This document shows positions 26,990 to 38,870 of a stretch of 64,000 bases of DNA, piece by piece. This stretch comes from Takakia lepidozioides. Taxonomy: Eukaryota; Plantae; Bryophyta. The notes beneath the pieces are model-generated. The model was not told the DNA's origin. It made no database searches and saw only the letters and a list, made by a program, of their open reading frames with translations. A program made the position numbers and the translations under genes. Each line of letters begins with the position of its first letter. Within the stretch, counting starts at the first letter, position 1. The DNA lies in NCBI GenBank assembly GCA_030704615.1, contig CM060732.1, positions 17,236,001-17,300,000 of the forward strand, in the 5' to 3' direction.

Positions 26990-29670
26990 ATAACTGCCAA
27001 CGGTATGCAGTCAGAAAGTGGGGGGCCGTCCGGATGATGACGCTGAAGGGGATAAGCCGGCACCGTGCCGTCACATTACTACCCCCGAATGGAAATTCGG
27101 CACCCAACATCCAACAGAGGAAGCCCGGATGAAGTCGCCTCGGGCGCAGAGGCCGGAGTGTGTGCGACAGATAACATCTTCTGGATGGAGATTCGGCGCC
27201 GAATTTCCATCCGGTCCCCCAAAGGGAGTCGTGTCGGGGGGTCAGGCCGAAAACTGGACGCATAAAAACATCCCCAGATGGAAAAACGGCGCCGAATTTC
27301 CATCCGGGGCGATTCGGATGCAGTCGGGGAGGGGGGAGTGGCCTGCAGTTGGCTGTCACATTTCAACCCCCGGACGGAAATTTCGGCAACGAATATCGAA
27401 CAGGGGACGCCCGGATGAAGTCGCCTGGGGCACAGAGGCCGGCCAGTGTGCGACAGAGAACATCCCTGGACGGCCATTCGGCGCCGAATTTCCATCCGGG
27501 CCCCCCCAAAGGAAGTGTTGTCGGCGTGTCAGAGCGAAAACTGGCCGACATAAAAACCTCCACAGATGGGAAAACGGCGCCGAATTTCAATTCGGGCCGT
27601 TCCAATGAAGTCGGGGAGGGGGGAGGGTCGGAACCTGGCAGTCATATTTCAACCCCCGGGACGGAAATTCGGCACCGAATATCCAAACAGAGCGGCGGAG
27701 AGGCGGCACCTCTCCGACAGACATCCCCCGGAGGAGATTCGGGCGCCGAATTTCCATCCAGCAGGGGTAAGTGGAATCTCGGATGGATGAGATTCGGCGC
27801 CGAATTTCCATCCAGCAGGTAAGTCGGATCGGTGGGATATTCGGCGCCGAATTTCCATCCTGCAGGTAATTCGAGGATGATTTCGGCGCCGAATTCCATC
27901 CAGCAGGTAAGTCCCATATGGATATTCGGCGCCGAGCAGGTAATTCGAATCATGAATGGAAATTCGAATTTCCTAATCGGTGCGGAAATTTCCATCCTGC
28001 AGGTAATTCGAATCGTGGATGAATGGAAATTCGGCGCCGAATTTCCATCCAGCAGGTAAGTCGGATCGTGCCATATGGATATTCGGCGCCGAATTTCCAT
28101 CCTGCAGGTAATTCGAATCCGGCGCCGAATGCAGGTATCGGATCGGTGCCATCGGCGAATTTCCATCCTGCAGGTAATTCGAATCGTGGATGAATGGAAA
28201 TTCGGCGCCGAATTTCCATCCAGCAGGTAAGTCGGATCGGTGCCATATGGATATTCGGCGCCGAATTTCCATCCTGCAGGTAATTCGAATCGTGTGGAAT
28301 TCGGCGCCGAATTTCCATCCAGCAGCGGAATCGAATGAATTCGAATCCGGCGCCGAATTCCATCCAGCACGGATCATATGGATATTCGGCGCCGAATCAG
28401 GTGAATGGAAATTCAATTTCCATCCAGCAGGTAATCGTTATGGATATTCGGCGCCGGATTTCCACTCGCCATTTATTTCAGAATTACCTTCGTGCCCCAT
28501 ATAAGAATTACCTTCGTGCAGGTAATTCGCATACAAGAATTACCTTTGTGCAGGTAATTTCCAGATGACAATTACCTTCCTGCAGGTAATTCCAATCGAT
28601 GTTTATTCCGTCCAGAATTACCTGCACAAAGGTAATTCTCATCTGGAAATTACCTGCATGAAGGTAATTCTTGTATGTGAATTACCTGCACGAAGGTAAT
28701 TCTTATATGGGAATTACCTGCACGGAGGTAATTCCTCGCTCAGAAATAAATGGCGAATCGAAATTCGGCGCCGAATATCCATATGGCACCGATCCGACTT
28801 ACCTTTTGCGATTGGAAATTCGGCGCCCGCTTACCTGAAGGAAATTTGGCGGCCCTAATGGAAATTCGTTCCATTGAATTACCGCGCGGATGGAAATTCG
28901 GCGCCGGATTTCCATCCGCGCGCGCTTGAAGGAAATTATGAAATTCGGCGCCGGATTTCAATCCGAATTACCTGCGCGGCGCCGGTTTGCCGCACAATCG
29001 ATTTCCATCTGGCCTTCAAGGCCGGGCCGCTTTCCATCTTGCGCGGATGGAAATTCGGCGCCGGATTTCCATTCCGAATTACCCGCGGCGCGGATGGAAA
29101 TTCGGCGCCGGATATCCGGCGCCAATACCTGCTTGAAGGAAATTTGGTGCGGCGCCGGATTTCCATAAAGGCGGATGGAAATTCGGCGCCGGATTTCCAT
29201 CCGCGCGCATCCGAATTACCTGCTTGACGCAAATGGAAATTGTAAGCTGCCATGAAATTACACAAATTGCCGCATTTCATAGCATGGAAATTCTGAGGCG
29301 GGCGCTTAGGTTTTGCGCGCATCCCATTATTGCGCGCCTGCCTATGGAAATTCCATTCCGAATTACCTGCCGGCGCAGCGCGGGCCGCGCCGGATTTCCA
29401 TCCGCGCGTTACCTGCCTGGAAATTCGGCGCCGGATTTCCATCCGCGCGCATCCGGATTGGGAAGCCGCACCGCACGCGGATGGAAATTCGGCGCCGGTT
29501 AATGGAAATTTGCGGCATCAATTCCGAATTACCTGCTTTTTGCCATTTCCTCCGGCGGATGGAAATTCGGCGCCGGATTTCCATCCGCGCGCATCCGAAT
29601 TACCTGCCTACCTATGGAAATTCGGCGCCGGATTTCCATCCGCGCGCTTCCGAATTACCTGCGTGAGGGA
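26990..29670. repeat. Palindrome array between the divergent genes of A
   Basis: Dozens of copies or variants of ATGGAAATTCGGCGCCGAATTTCCAT (perfect palindrome). Sub-array of GAATTACCTNCNNGNAGGTAATTC at 28480-28740. Confidence 0.95.
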
Positions 29671-30414
29671 AATTCCGGGACTGTTTTCGTCTATTTTCTT
29701 CCGACATGGAGGGCTTCATCCGACATTTAATTGCGCAGTTGGGCAATAAATGTCGACGGCCGTCGCTTATTATTCGGGCTGGCGACGCATGGCTTCCTGG
29801 ACACGTACCCTAAATCTCATGCTATACTTGGCTTAACATGGTATTCCAGGCATGTACCCCAAAAAAGGAGATCTTTTTGGCTGGGACTTATGCCGCCTGA
29901 AGGGCGTGGCTCTCCTGAGAGAGACCTCAGATCCAGACCGCGCGGAAGTTGAAAGCTCTGTACTACGGACGACGGCCAATCTCTCGCATGGCCAAACTGA
30001 AGCTCCAGCAGGAGATTCCAGTGTCTTGCTCACAACCTGCGCCAACTGAAGCCGAGTACTCTCAGGCAAGCCACTTCTGCTTTCGGTTTGTTCGATTTCT
30101 TTTTTGCTTTCGCTTCGTTACCTCGCTTTGTTTCTGCATCTTCATCCTGGCTTTGCTTTATGAGTGAACTTTAGATAGTTGACTGAACCTTAGATTGTTT
30201 GCAATGCGTGTGCAAATCCGGCAGCTCTGGAGAAGGCTGCTTGTGCATGTCATTCTTAGGCAATGGTTGCATTTGTTTTTCATTGTTGTTGCATGGCTCT
30301 CCATACTTCCTAAACTTGTTATGTTTTCATTTTTGCTACATGATTGCTGCTATGGTGGTTGCGCTGCTGCTTTTTGCACCACTGTTGGTGTTTCACGATT
30401 TTTGTCAATCACAG

Positions 30415-33400
30415 AGTGACGACGAGCCCGGCACGCTGGTGGTATCATCGACAGCTCCAACTCATCGCATGTTTGAATCGCCCAACTTGGGGCGAGAGGG
30501 CAAACTTAAATCTTTTGTTGGTGGACGGGAGGACTTGCAACGAGATTACGATAGAGTAGGCATTGGGGAGGTTGGTGCAGGCGGCATGGCAGGTGAAGGG
30601 CGTGAGGACATGAGGACAGCAGATCCGGCAATGGAGGTTGTTCATGCACATGCAGTAGGGCCCGCCCACGCAAAGAAAAAGAAGAAAGCTAAGCACATGC
30701 AATCCCCGGCGAGAGAGCAGTCACGGGCTGCGGAGGGGGAGTGAGCAGTGCGCGCGAGGGTGTCAGTTCGCCTCAATCAAAGGTGGTCGTCCTGGAGGGC
30801 TCCCCTGTTGCTAGCCCTAGTAAGAAACAGAAAGCCCGTGAGAGGGCAAAAGAGAGGGCAAAAGAACAGACGAGACAGAATGCTAGCCAGGAGGAAAGAC
30901 AAAAGGCAGCTGAAGAGGCCCGGGGTGCCCAAATGACAGATGCCAATGTAAGCGAGGGACACACAGAGACGGTGGATCCCTACAAGACACCACAGAGAGG
31001 CAGTAGCACACCGGTTAGACCATCGCGGGCAAGTGCAGCCCCCGCAATTACCCATACGGTGGAGAGTGGAGGAGAGGAAAGAACACCTGAAAGAGCACGA
31101 TTGTGCAAGTTCGAGGTGAAGCCAGGGAGAGGGCAGTAGAGACGACGAGAGTGCTGGAGGTGGTTTCGCAGGTGGCTGACCCTGTTGAGGAGGACGACAT
31201 GGAGTTTCTGACCAGGATGACATTCTCCCGGACATCCCCAGGCCCCAAACCCGGAGCATACAGGCTGGATTTGGCGGTCTTGGTGGGCTGCCGGAAAACC
31301 CCTCTGCAGCAGACGTCATGTCTGAGGCGGATATGAAGTTGGCCGCTGCCAAGATGTTGGAGGCAACCCACAGCAACATTGGCAGGGTGCTGGGGGGCAT
31401 GGTGTACCCGGCCAAGCTTCGAATTCCCCTTTGCCGCTTGGTGTCATTGCAGGTGGTGAGACCTGCCCTCCCAGGCGATATCGACAAGCTGAAATTCTCT
31501 TTCCGGGATGGATATCGAATGGGTCTGCCGCCTTTTACGTTTCCATTGAGAACGACCACGGAGCTTCCCGTGCCCACACTTCCGATGAGGTGGACAAATG
31601 GGGTCCCCATTGGCAAACGCGAAATGAGGAGTTCGAGAGATCGATTGCTAGTGATCCTCTTTTCCAGCACATGTCCGGTAAGATGTTCTACGTGTGGGAC
31701 GGCAATCATCGCCTCCTGGCATGGATGGAGCACATTGCCCAAGCCCACCCCAACGATCTCGATTGGCATTTCGCCGTCGATTGTGTTGTGCTGAAGGTTG
31801 CGGGGCCCAAAGATCGCAGTCTTCTCAAAGCTGCAATGGCCGACATCAACTCGTAAGCTACAACCCCTCTCGCTTTTGGACTTTGAATTTGGAAGTCATT
31901 TCATTGCGAATCCTCATATATGATGAAAATTCCCATTTCAGTATTGTTTGATGGAAATGTGGCACTGCAGGGTGACTGAGAATGCCTTCATTGCCACCAA
32001 CTTGTCCCATATGCTCTTCCGAGTGAAGGATGTCGGGAAGCAGGGGGTGCAAGAGTTTGCCAATTCCCTCAGTGCCGACCTCCTGCAAGTCGGAGGCAAA
32101 GACAGAACCTGGTATAGGCTGAGCGTCGACGCCATGGTGGACTACATATTTCGGGTAAAGCTCCTGCAGTTTTGTTGAGCTAATTTGTCTCTCCTCCCCC
32201 AATAGAAGAAATTGTGTTGAGCAGGATCTCTAATCTTATGTGCGCTTTTCGACAGACGAAAATACAGCAGGATTTGGCACATGCGCGGAGGTTCTACATG
32301 GAGTCAGAGGAGAAGAATCCAACCCTCCCGGAACTCGAATCGTATGTCAAAGCTGCGGAGGTGAGGGCCCGCATAAAGTACAAGTCGCGGATGGTAAAGT
32401 ACGTGGCCATAGCTGATCCCGCCCTTGGTGCCGACTTTCTGGTGGAGGTGGGAAAGCACTACTCTCGCGCTCTGAAGCCCACGATGACATTGGAGAAGCT
32501 CCATCGTCTAGCCACATCCTGTGTGGATGCAACAGAAAAGGTGATACATTCTTAACCAAATTGTGGTGGCAACACTCCTTTTTGTGGTGTTTGGCGCTTA
32601 CGAATATGCTGGGTGGTTGGACAGACCCGGTGGCTCCAAATCTGGAATGGTTCCCAAAGTACAGGGACATGTGGAGCTTCCCCAAACCGGACAAACTCTC
32701 TGACCCCACATTCGACATGTGGATGAACCGCATGACATGGTGGTTTCAGGTACTTCCCCACGCTTCGTTTGGGGCTTGTACTCTAGTAGGGGGTGATTCA
32801 TTGTATTTTTTGAGGAAAGCGATCTGATGGACAATCTCCACAGGTGACGACGAATGCGCAAGAGCAGCTGGACACACAAGCACATCAGTTCAAGATGGAG
32901 ATATCTCCTGCAGCAGAGAGCCTACGTGACTATGTGACGAGGTACTTTCTGCTCTACAAAACCAACCTATTCTTTCGGGAGATAGCAGATGCTCGCCGGA
33001 GCCACGAGTTCACCGACCAGCCGAACGCGGACAAAGCAGCAATGCGCCTTCTGTACAGGTATACGCGCTGCCTTTCTTTCAAGTCCTGGCATTTCAGGAT
33101 GTTAGAGGCCTAAGTGGTGTTAGGGAAAATGGCGCCGAATTTCCAGTCAGGGCTCCGAAAATGGCAAAGTCCCTAGACTGGCTGGCCCGGAACTGGAAAT
33201 TCGGCGCCATTTTCCAGTTCCAGGCCCTATTGCCGTTCAGGGACTTAGCCATTTTCGGGCTAAGTCCCTAGTGGCTGGCCCGGAACTGGAAATTCGGCGC
33301 CGTTTTCCAGTTCTAGGCCCTATTGCCGTCCAGGGACTTAGCCATTTTCGGGCTAAGTCCCTAGACTGGCTGGCCCTGAAGTGGAAATTCGGCGCCATAT

Positions 33401-36350
33401 TCCAGTTCCAGGCCCTATTGCCGTCCAGGGACTTAGCCATTTTCGGTCTAAGTCCCTAGGGTGGCTGGCCCGGAACTGGAAATTCGGCGCCGTTTCCAGT
33501 TCTAGGCCCTATTGCCGTCCAGGGACTTAGCCATTTTCGGTCCCTAGACTGGCTGGCCCTGAAAATTCGGCGCCATATTCCAGTTCCAGGCCCTATTGCC
33601 GTCCAGGGACTTAGCCATTTCTAAGTCCCTAGGTGGCTGGCCCGGAACTGGAAATTCCAGTTCTAGGCCCTATTGCCGTCCAGGGACTTAGCCATTGGCT
33701 GGCTGGAAATTCGGCGCCTTCCAAGGCCCTATTGCCGTCCAGGGACTTAGCCATTTTCGGGTCCTGGCTGGCCCGAACTGGAAATTCGGCGCCGTTTCCA
33801 GTTCTAGGCCCTATTGCCGTCCAGGGACTTAGCCAAGTCCCTAGAAAAATTCGGCGCCCCAGTTCCAGGCCCCGTCAGGGACTTAGCCATTTTCGGGCTA
33901 AGTCCGGAAGTGGAAATTCGGCGCCATATTCCAGTTGTAGGCCCTATAGGTTAGCCATTTTCGGACCTCATTGGGTTTTTCATGAATGCAGGTACTGTAA
34001 GTTCTCGCTTTTGGAGAAAGGTCATCTGTCTTTCGAGCCACCATTCTTCCTGGCATGGAGGAACCCTGGGGCTGACTCCATGTACACTGACGATATTGTG
34101 AAGGAGTGGCATCTGGAACATTTGCGTGATTGCCCTTGGTATGTGGACCTTCCGCCCGGCTCGCTCGACCCATCCGAGTTTCAATTGAAGCTGGATGCTG
34201 AATTCCGACGAAACCGGGCTCCGCTGCCTCCGTTGGGTGCAAAAGAGGCAAAAGCGCTTGCGAACTCCAGGAAAGCGGCAGAGCTTGCTCAGGCAGGAAT
34301 TCAGAGAAATTGCATGAGAAGAGTAAAGGTCAAAGGAAAAGGACAAGGAAACAGGTGACTGCAGTAACACCCAAAAAGAAGAAAACCATCGGGGCATCGG
34401 AGGAGGCGCAGGAGGGGACCCAAGAGAGTGACTCCGACGCCGATTTTGTTCAAGGTCCTGCGACTGCTGTTGCTCCTACCCAGTCACCGGTCGTCCGGGT
34501 TCCCAAGTCAGTTCGGAGTGGGACTGGCTCTGCCAAGAAGTTGGCATTTGAGGGCGAGCCTACACGGCGGTATTCGGCGGTGACGTTTACGCACAGGCCA
34601 AAGCTAGAACCTCCAACCATCATCCAATGCGTCAATGAGAGCTTCCTTGACGCTCTCGCTGCCAGGCGAAGAAGGTGGCACACAACAAGTCTCTGGCGGA
34701 GCAGAAGGGAAAAGCCAAGAAGAGGGCTGCCGGTACAGAGCCTAAAGACACCCCTGGTTTTGAAGCCATGATGGAATTCTTCACGGCTGTGAGCACGAAT
34801 TGCAAGAGCACTCGGGGGGGGGTTGAGGTGGAGAGAGCTTGCGACATGATTCTCCTCGACATTCCAGATGGGAGCTGCTGGAGGGCCTGGATGGTGTGCC
34901 CACCTGGAACAGGTTTACTGAGGACTACTGGAAAGCCGGGTTTGGGCTGGCGGGGATGCTTCTGGATGACGGTGGATGTGTGGTTGTCCTTGCCACGAGA
35001 GGGAAGACCACAGAGAATGCGGTGGCAAGGTGGACACCGAAAAGTGTCACCCCGGTCCTCCTCAGAAAATGGTTCTGCATCAGTACGCAGGGGTTTGCGA
35101 ACAGAGGGCCAAAGTGTAAGTTATCAATCTATTGCATTCACTTCATATTGTGGTGTATGTTAAGTAGACCCTGGAATTGATCCCTTCTTTGTTGGATGTG
35201 CAGACATTGGTGTTTGAGGCATATTGCTTTGTGAAGAGAGGGTCTACGTTCAAATTCCGCAACGACGGTCGTCTTGTTGATGCCGCTGTGGACCCTGTAA
35301 CCTACGATGTCCTCTACAACTATGTGCCCCACTCTAGTATGCCGAAGGACACAAAGACAGGCAAACCGTGGCGGTACAGCCGGACCCGAAGCCCTGCTTT
35401 CATCCCAAACCCTCATGGAGACGTGCTCGGATGTCCAAGGGCGGATTCTGGACCTCACATGCGGCACGGGTAAGCCTTCACGTGCTCAGTTTGTCCCCTG
35501 GCCCCATTGCAATTGCATGCCGCAAGCTATTCCGCCCGCTTTGTTCCTCAGGTGCTTCAATGTGGGCAGGGACGTTGTCCGACAGGCATGTGTTCGCCTT
35601 CGAGCCAGATACTGCCCTCCACAACTCGGAACTTGCAGCGGCTGAACGTCTGCCGAAAGAGGAAGAGGCATCCTCGGAGGATGAGGAAAAATCCGAGAAG
35701 GAGCAGGGGGAGGAAGTTGGGATCGAGGCCGAGGAGCCCCCGGTTTACGAGTGAGTGGTGGCATTGTAAGTTGCCTCCAGATTTTGTGAGGCACCTCCCT
35801 CCGCTCTCTTATTTCATTGAAAACCCTTTCTGGTTGTGCTGGTATTGACATTCTTCAAGTGGATTTGTTCTTACTGTAGGATGCCAAGTACTGCCGGAGG
35901 GACGTCTACACCGGAGTTCATGGGCAGGAGGAACGTGCCTTTTTTTGCCAGGGGGATTTCATGCCTAGTCCAGAAAGGGAGTACATCCTTCCTACTTATG
36001 CTGCCCGGCTTGCTTCGGTGTCCATTAGGAGGTGTTCCGAACGTAGTCGTGTACAGCAGATTTTAGACGAGGCAAGCCTCAAGAAAATGAAGATGAGGGA
36101 GGAGGCAGCAGCTATTAGAGCCCGTCGGGCTCGTAGATTTGTGTTGGATTCTGCTGAGGAAAGTGGGGGGAAGACGCAGAAGATTCCCAGGAGGTGAGGT
36201 GGACAGTCCCCCAAGGAGAGGACGGGATTTTTGAGAGGCATAGTGGAACTGATGCATCACAGAGCTCGGAGGATGAGGGGGATGAGGGGGATGAGGAAGA
36301 AGGTGGGGCAAGTTCCTCGGAGGGTGTAGGAGAGTAGTGCCCATTCCGGC
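30415..36350 (+). CDS. Spliced accessory gene: ParB/Srx-like domain + beta-class N6A/N4C DNA-methyltransferase-like domain (frameshifted in this assembly)
   Basis: MFYVWDGNHRLLAW at 31683-31724. DMILLDIPDG (motif IV-like) at 34843-34872, then MLLDDGGCVVVL. RSPAFIQTLMETCS (across a frameshift; AFIQTLMETCS in frame in copy E). ILDLTCGTG (motif I) at 35445-35471, then RHVFAFEPD. GT-AG introns e.g. 31853-31971 and 33059-33991. Ends approximate. Confidence 0.75.
33120..33965. repeat. Intronic tandem array in the ParB-MTase-like gene of A
   Basis: Units contain GGAAATTCGGCGCC, GGCCCTATTGCCGTCC and the hairpin GGACTTAGCC-ATTTTCG-GGCTAAGTCC. Confidence 0.9.
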
Positions 36351-36809
36351 TATGACAGTTAGAACACACTTGTATAGACGTGGCTTGCCACAAAATTTGC
36401 AATAAAATGTTGCATTTTAAGTCCACTGGTGCCACATTCCAACTTCACATGACCCTATTTCCGTGCCTCCTAACCCTATTTCCGTGGACTCACAATGGTC
36501 TGCTCATGCTTTTTTTTTTTCCGCTCATGCTCATGCCGCTCATGCTCATGATGAAAGCCCCGCAACTAAGTATCAAGAATGAAAAGAACAGCTGCACTCA
36601 CTAGATGGAAACCCATCTTCAAGGAATCAAAACATAACCCATGGATCAGTCTCCCTTGCTTCCGTTCATAGTTAATTGCTGCAGACCAACCAGCCCATCT
36701 ACCGAGAGTATAGCCGCACCAAGGATGATTGACCTAAAGTGAAGATGCCCCAAATTAGTGACTACGATAATACCCATGGAATCGACCAGCCATCAGCCAC
36801 AAGTTGCAG

Positions 36810-37523
36810 TGTCGAGCGGCTTTTACTCACCCATCCCTTCGCTATCCGAGGTGGAAACTCCAAGATAGAAGAGTTGGATATCTCTAAGCACTCAGCCCGC
36901 TCAGAACAATCAGTCATGACCTACAGCTAGTGAATCATGGTAGTGCTTCCTATTTGTATTCCTTCTTGTCTTCATGTTATCAATTTACCTTACCGTGTAT
37001 ACTGAAACATCAGATTGCTTCAGTATCTACTATGTTCCAATTAATCATGCATTCATTCCACAGCTTCTCTCATGTCTCTCTACATAGTATGTTTGTATCG
37101 ATTCAGTATCGGATTAAGATTAATCATGTATCATGCCTATGCCATGGTGTCCCTAATCTACCCTACTGTATAATTTTACAGCTTGCATGAATTAAGCCTC
37201 AATCAAGTCATCATCTCCTCTTCACTATTTCCGCTCTCTGTTACGTCTCCCCTTTCTGAACAAGTCGCCCTCCTCCCGAAGTGATCCTCTTCATGTTGCC
37301 GCCCTGCCTGATCTACCCGCAAGCTGTTCTAACCACCTAACTAACTAACCGTCGCCCCTGAAGTAACACGTTCCCTCTGCAGATGTCGTTCCCACACAGT
37401 CGTTCCCTGTCAATGATAACTGTTCCCCATGTACACTCTGACAGGCTGTGTCAAGCTGTGCCGAGCTGTGACTGGATGTGTAAAGCTGTGTCGGGCTGTG
37501 TCGGGCTGTGATAGACTGTGACA
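36810..37523 (-). repeat. 3' LTR of a minus-strand Ty3/Gypsy element
   Basis: TGTC...GACA ends. Begins exactly where similarity to the empty site (17427) stops. G-rich PPT-like tract on the minus strand at ~37530-37545. Confidence 0.75.
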
Positions 37524-38169
37524 AGTTGTCTACCCCCCCCTAAAGCCTGCGGCTGCCACCCCTAAGGCTCCTGTTGGTCTCAGTCTACCATTCATAAGTT
37601 TGTGCAAAAATCAAGGGTACCCCACAAAACCCGTAAAAGCGTCCAAGTCCCAAGCAGCCCCCTAACATTACCCCTCCCCCTCTCAAAAAGCCGTGTCCTC
37701 ACGGTTTACTGTTTGGGATCAGCAAACCTTTATGAGCAAGCACCCTTCTGTTGGTGAGAGTCTCGTGAAGTACTCCGTGTGCGAGCCCGAGACCTGTCAC
37801 TGGCTGATGGAGACGATTGAGCACTACCTGGAAATATTTTACCCTCCTTTGACTGATAACGAGGTAACCTCTCAGGCATAGGAGATCCCCGTCGTTTCTT
37901 CTCTGCCATCTGAAGTGCATAGTCCTCTGCCATGTCAAAAGAGTCTTCTGAAGAACCAATAGTATCAGAATCCTCGTCCCCCCTTAGGTGTTTTAACCGC
38001 CGAATTTTAAGTGGTTTTTTGGGAATCCTACGTGGCATACAATGTGGGCCCACCATGTCTGGAAGTTTAAACTGTACGACTTGTTGTAAGCGCTGTGTCG
38101 GAGCGCCCTGAACTCCTTAGTCGTATAGGTGAGAGGTGTGCCAATGACTTTGGAACAGTGTAAGTATTT

Positions 38170-38706
38170 CTAGGCTTCATGTCCCTTAAAGAAAATATCA
38201 TCAGGGCCGAATTTCTCTGTTGCCAAATTGTTCCAAGCCGAATTAAACCATGAACGAAGTTGGGAATCCTTCTGCATCATAACTTTTGCATCATACAAGT
38301 ACATATGAGGTGGCACTGAAGGTAAGGCCCAATGATCCCCACTGGAATAACTCAGAAATCGTGATTGCATCCTCGATTGCTCAAAGTGATAACGTGGCAG
38401 AAAACAAGCAGCATAGTATAATCCACAACCCATGACAATACTAGATACCTCCTTGGTCTTGGTATAGATGTACCCATGTACAACCTGGAAGGCAATTAAT
38501 TCCTTCAGCATGGTACCTGCCTCAGACCAGTACCTCGCAAAGTGATGATCCTCAATGGGTCGATTGTTCGGAAGAACCTTAGTCTGAGTTGCCACCAGCA
38601 ACCAAATGCGCATGATCTGGTAGTAATGTGCCAACGACTGCGGAGGACTAAATTCCTTCCAAGCCAAATCCAGCACAATGGGAATTTGGTTGAAAGGCAT
38701 AATCAT
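38170..38706 (-). CDS. Additional hypothetical ORF in the Gypsy 3' region
   Basis: 178-aa open frame in the element's sense orientation. Confidence 0.4.
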   Translation of the reverse strand: MIMPFNQIPIVLDLAWKEFSPPQSLAHYYQIMRIWLLVATQTKVLPNNRPIEDHHFARYWSEAGTMLKELIAFQVVHGYIYTKTKEVSSIVMGCGLYYAACFLPRYHFEQSRMQSRFLSYSSGDHWALPSVPPHMYLYDAKVMMQKDSQLRSWFNSAWNNLATEKFGPDDIFFKGHEA

Positions 38707-38870
38707 AGCCCGACTGTACTCCCGTGCAGCAGGAGTCTTAGGTGGGTTAAAAGCAACATCCCCCCATACCTCAGGCTGTGGTGTGGCTGTAGTAGCAACA
38801 CAGGGTCAGCTACCTGCACAGACACCTGCTGTGGTATTGGTACCACTGGCCCTTCTACCACTGGCATCTC

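Larger units (their letters stand above)
22419..36561. mobile_element. Complete ~14.1-kb MULE-type DNA transposon A (transposase + ParB-MTase-like gene)
   Basis: 9-bp TSD GCAACTAAG at 22410-22418 and 36562-36570. Empty site present near 17185. Termini GAGGTTTGCTATTTCATGAGC and degenerate (rc) GGGGCTTTCATCATGAGC, with CATGAGC repeats. Confidence 0.92.

Noticed and set aside
26946-29749. Many overlapping ORFs (WKFGAEFP, MEIRRRIS, DGNSAPNF repeats)
   Set aside because: Translation artefacts of the palindromic array; they appear on both strands in all frames.
30415-36350. Bacterial or phage contamination as the source of the ParB-MTase-like gene
   Set aside because: The gene has GT-AG introns and lies inside a TSD-bounded eukaryotic transposon nested among plant retroelements.
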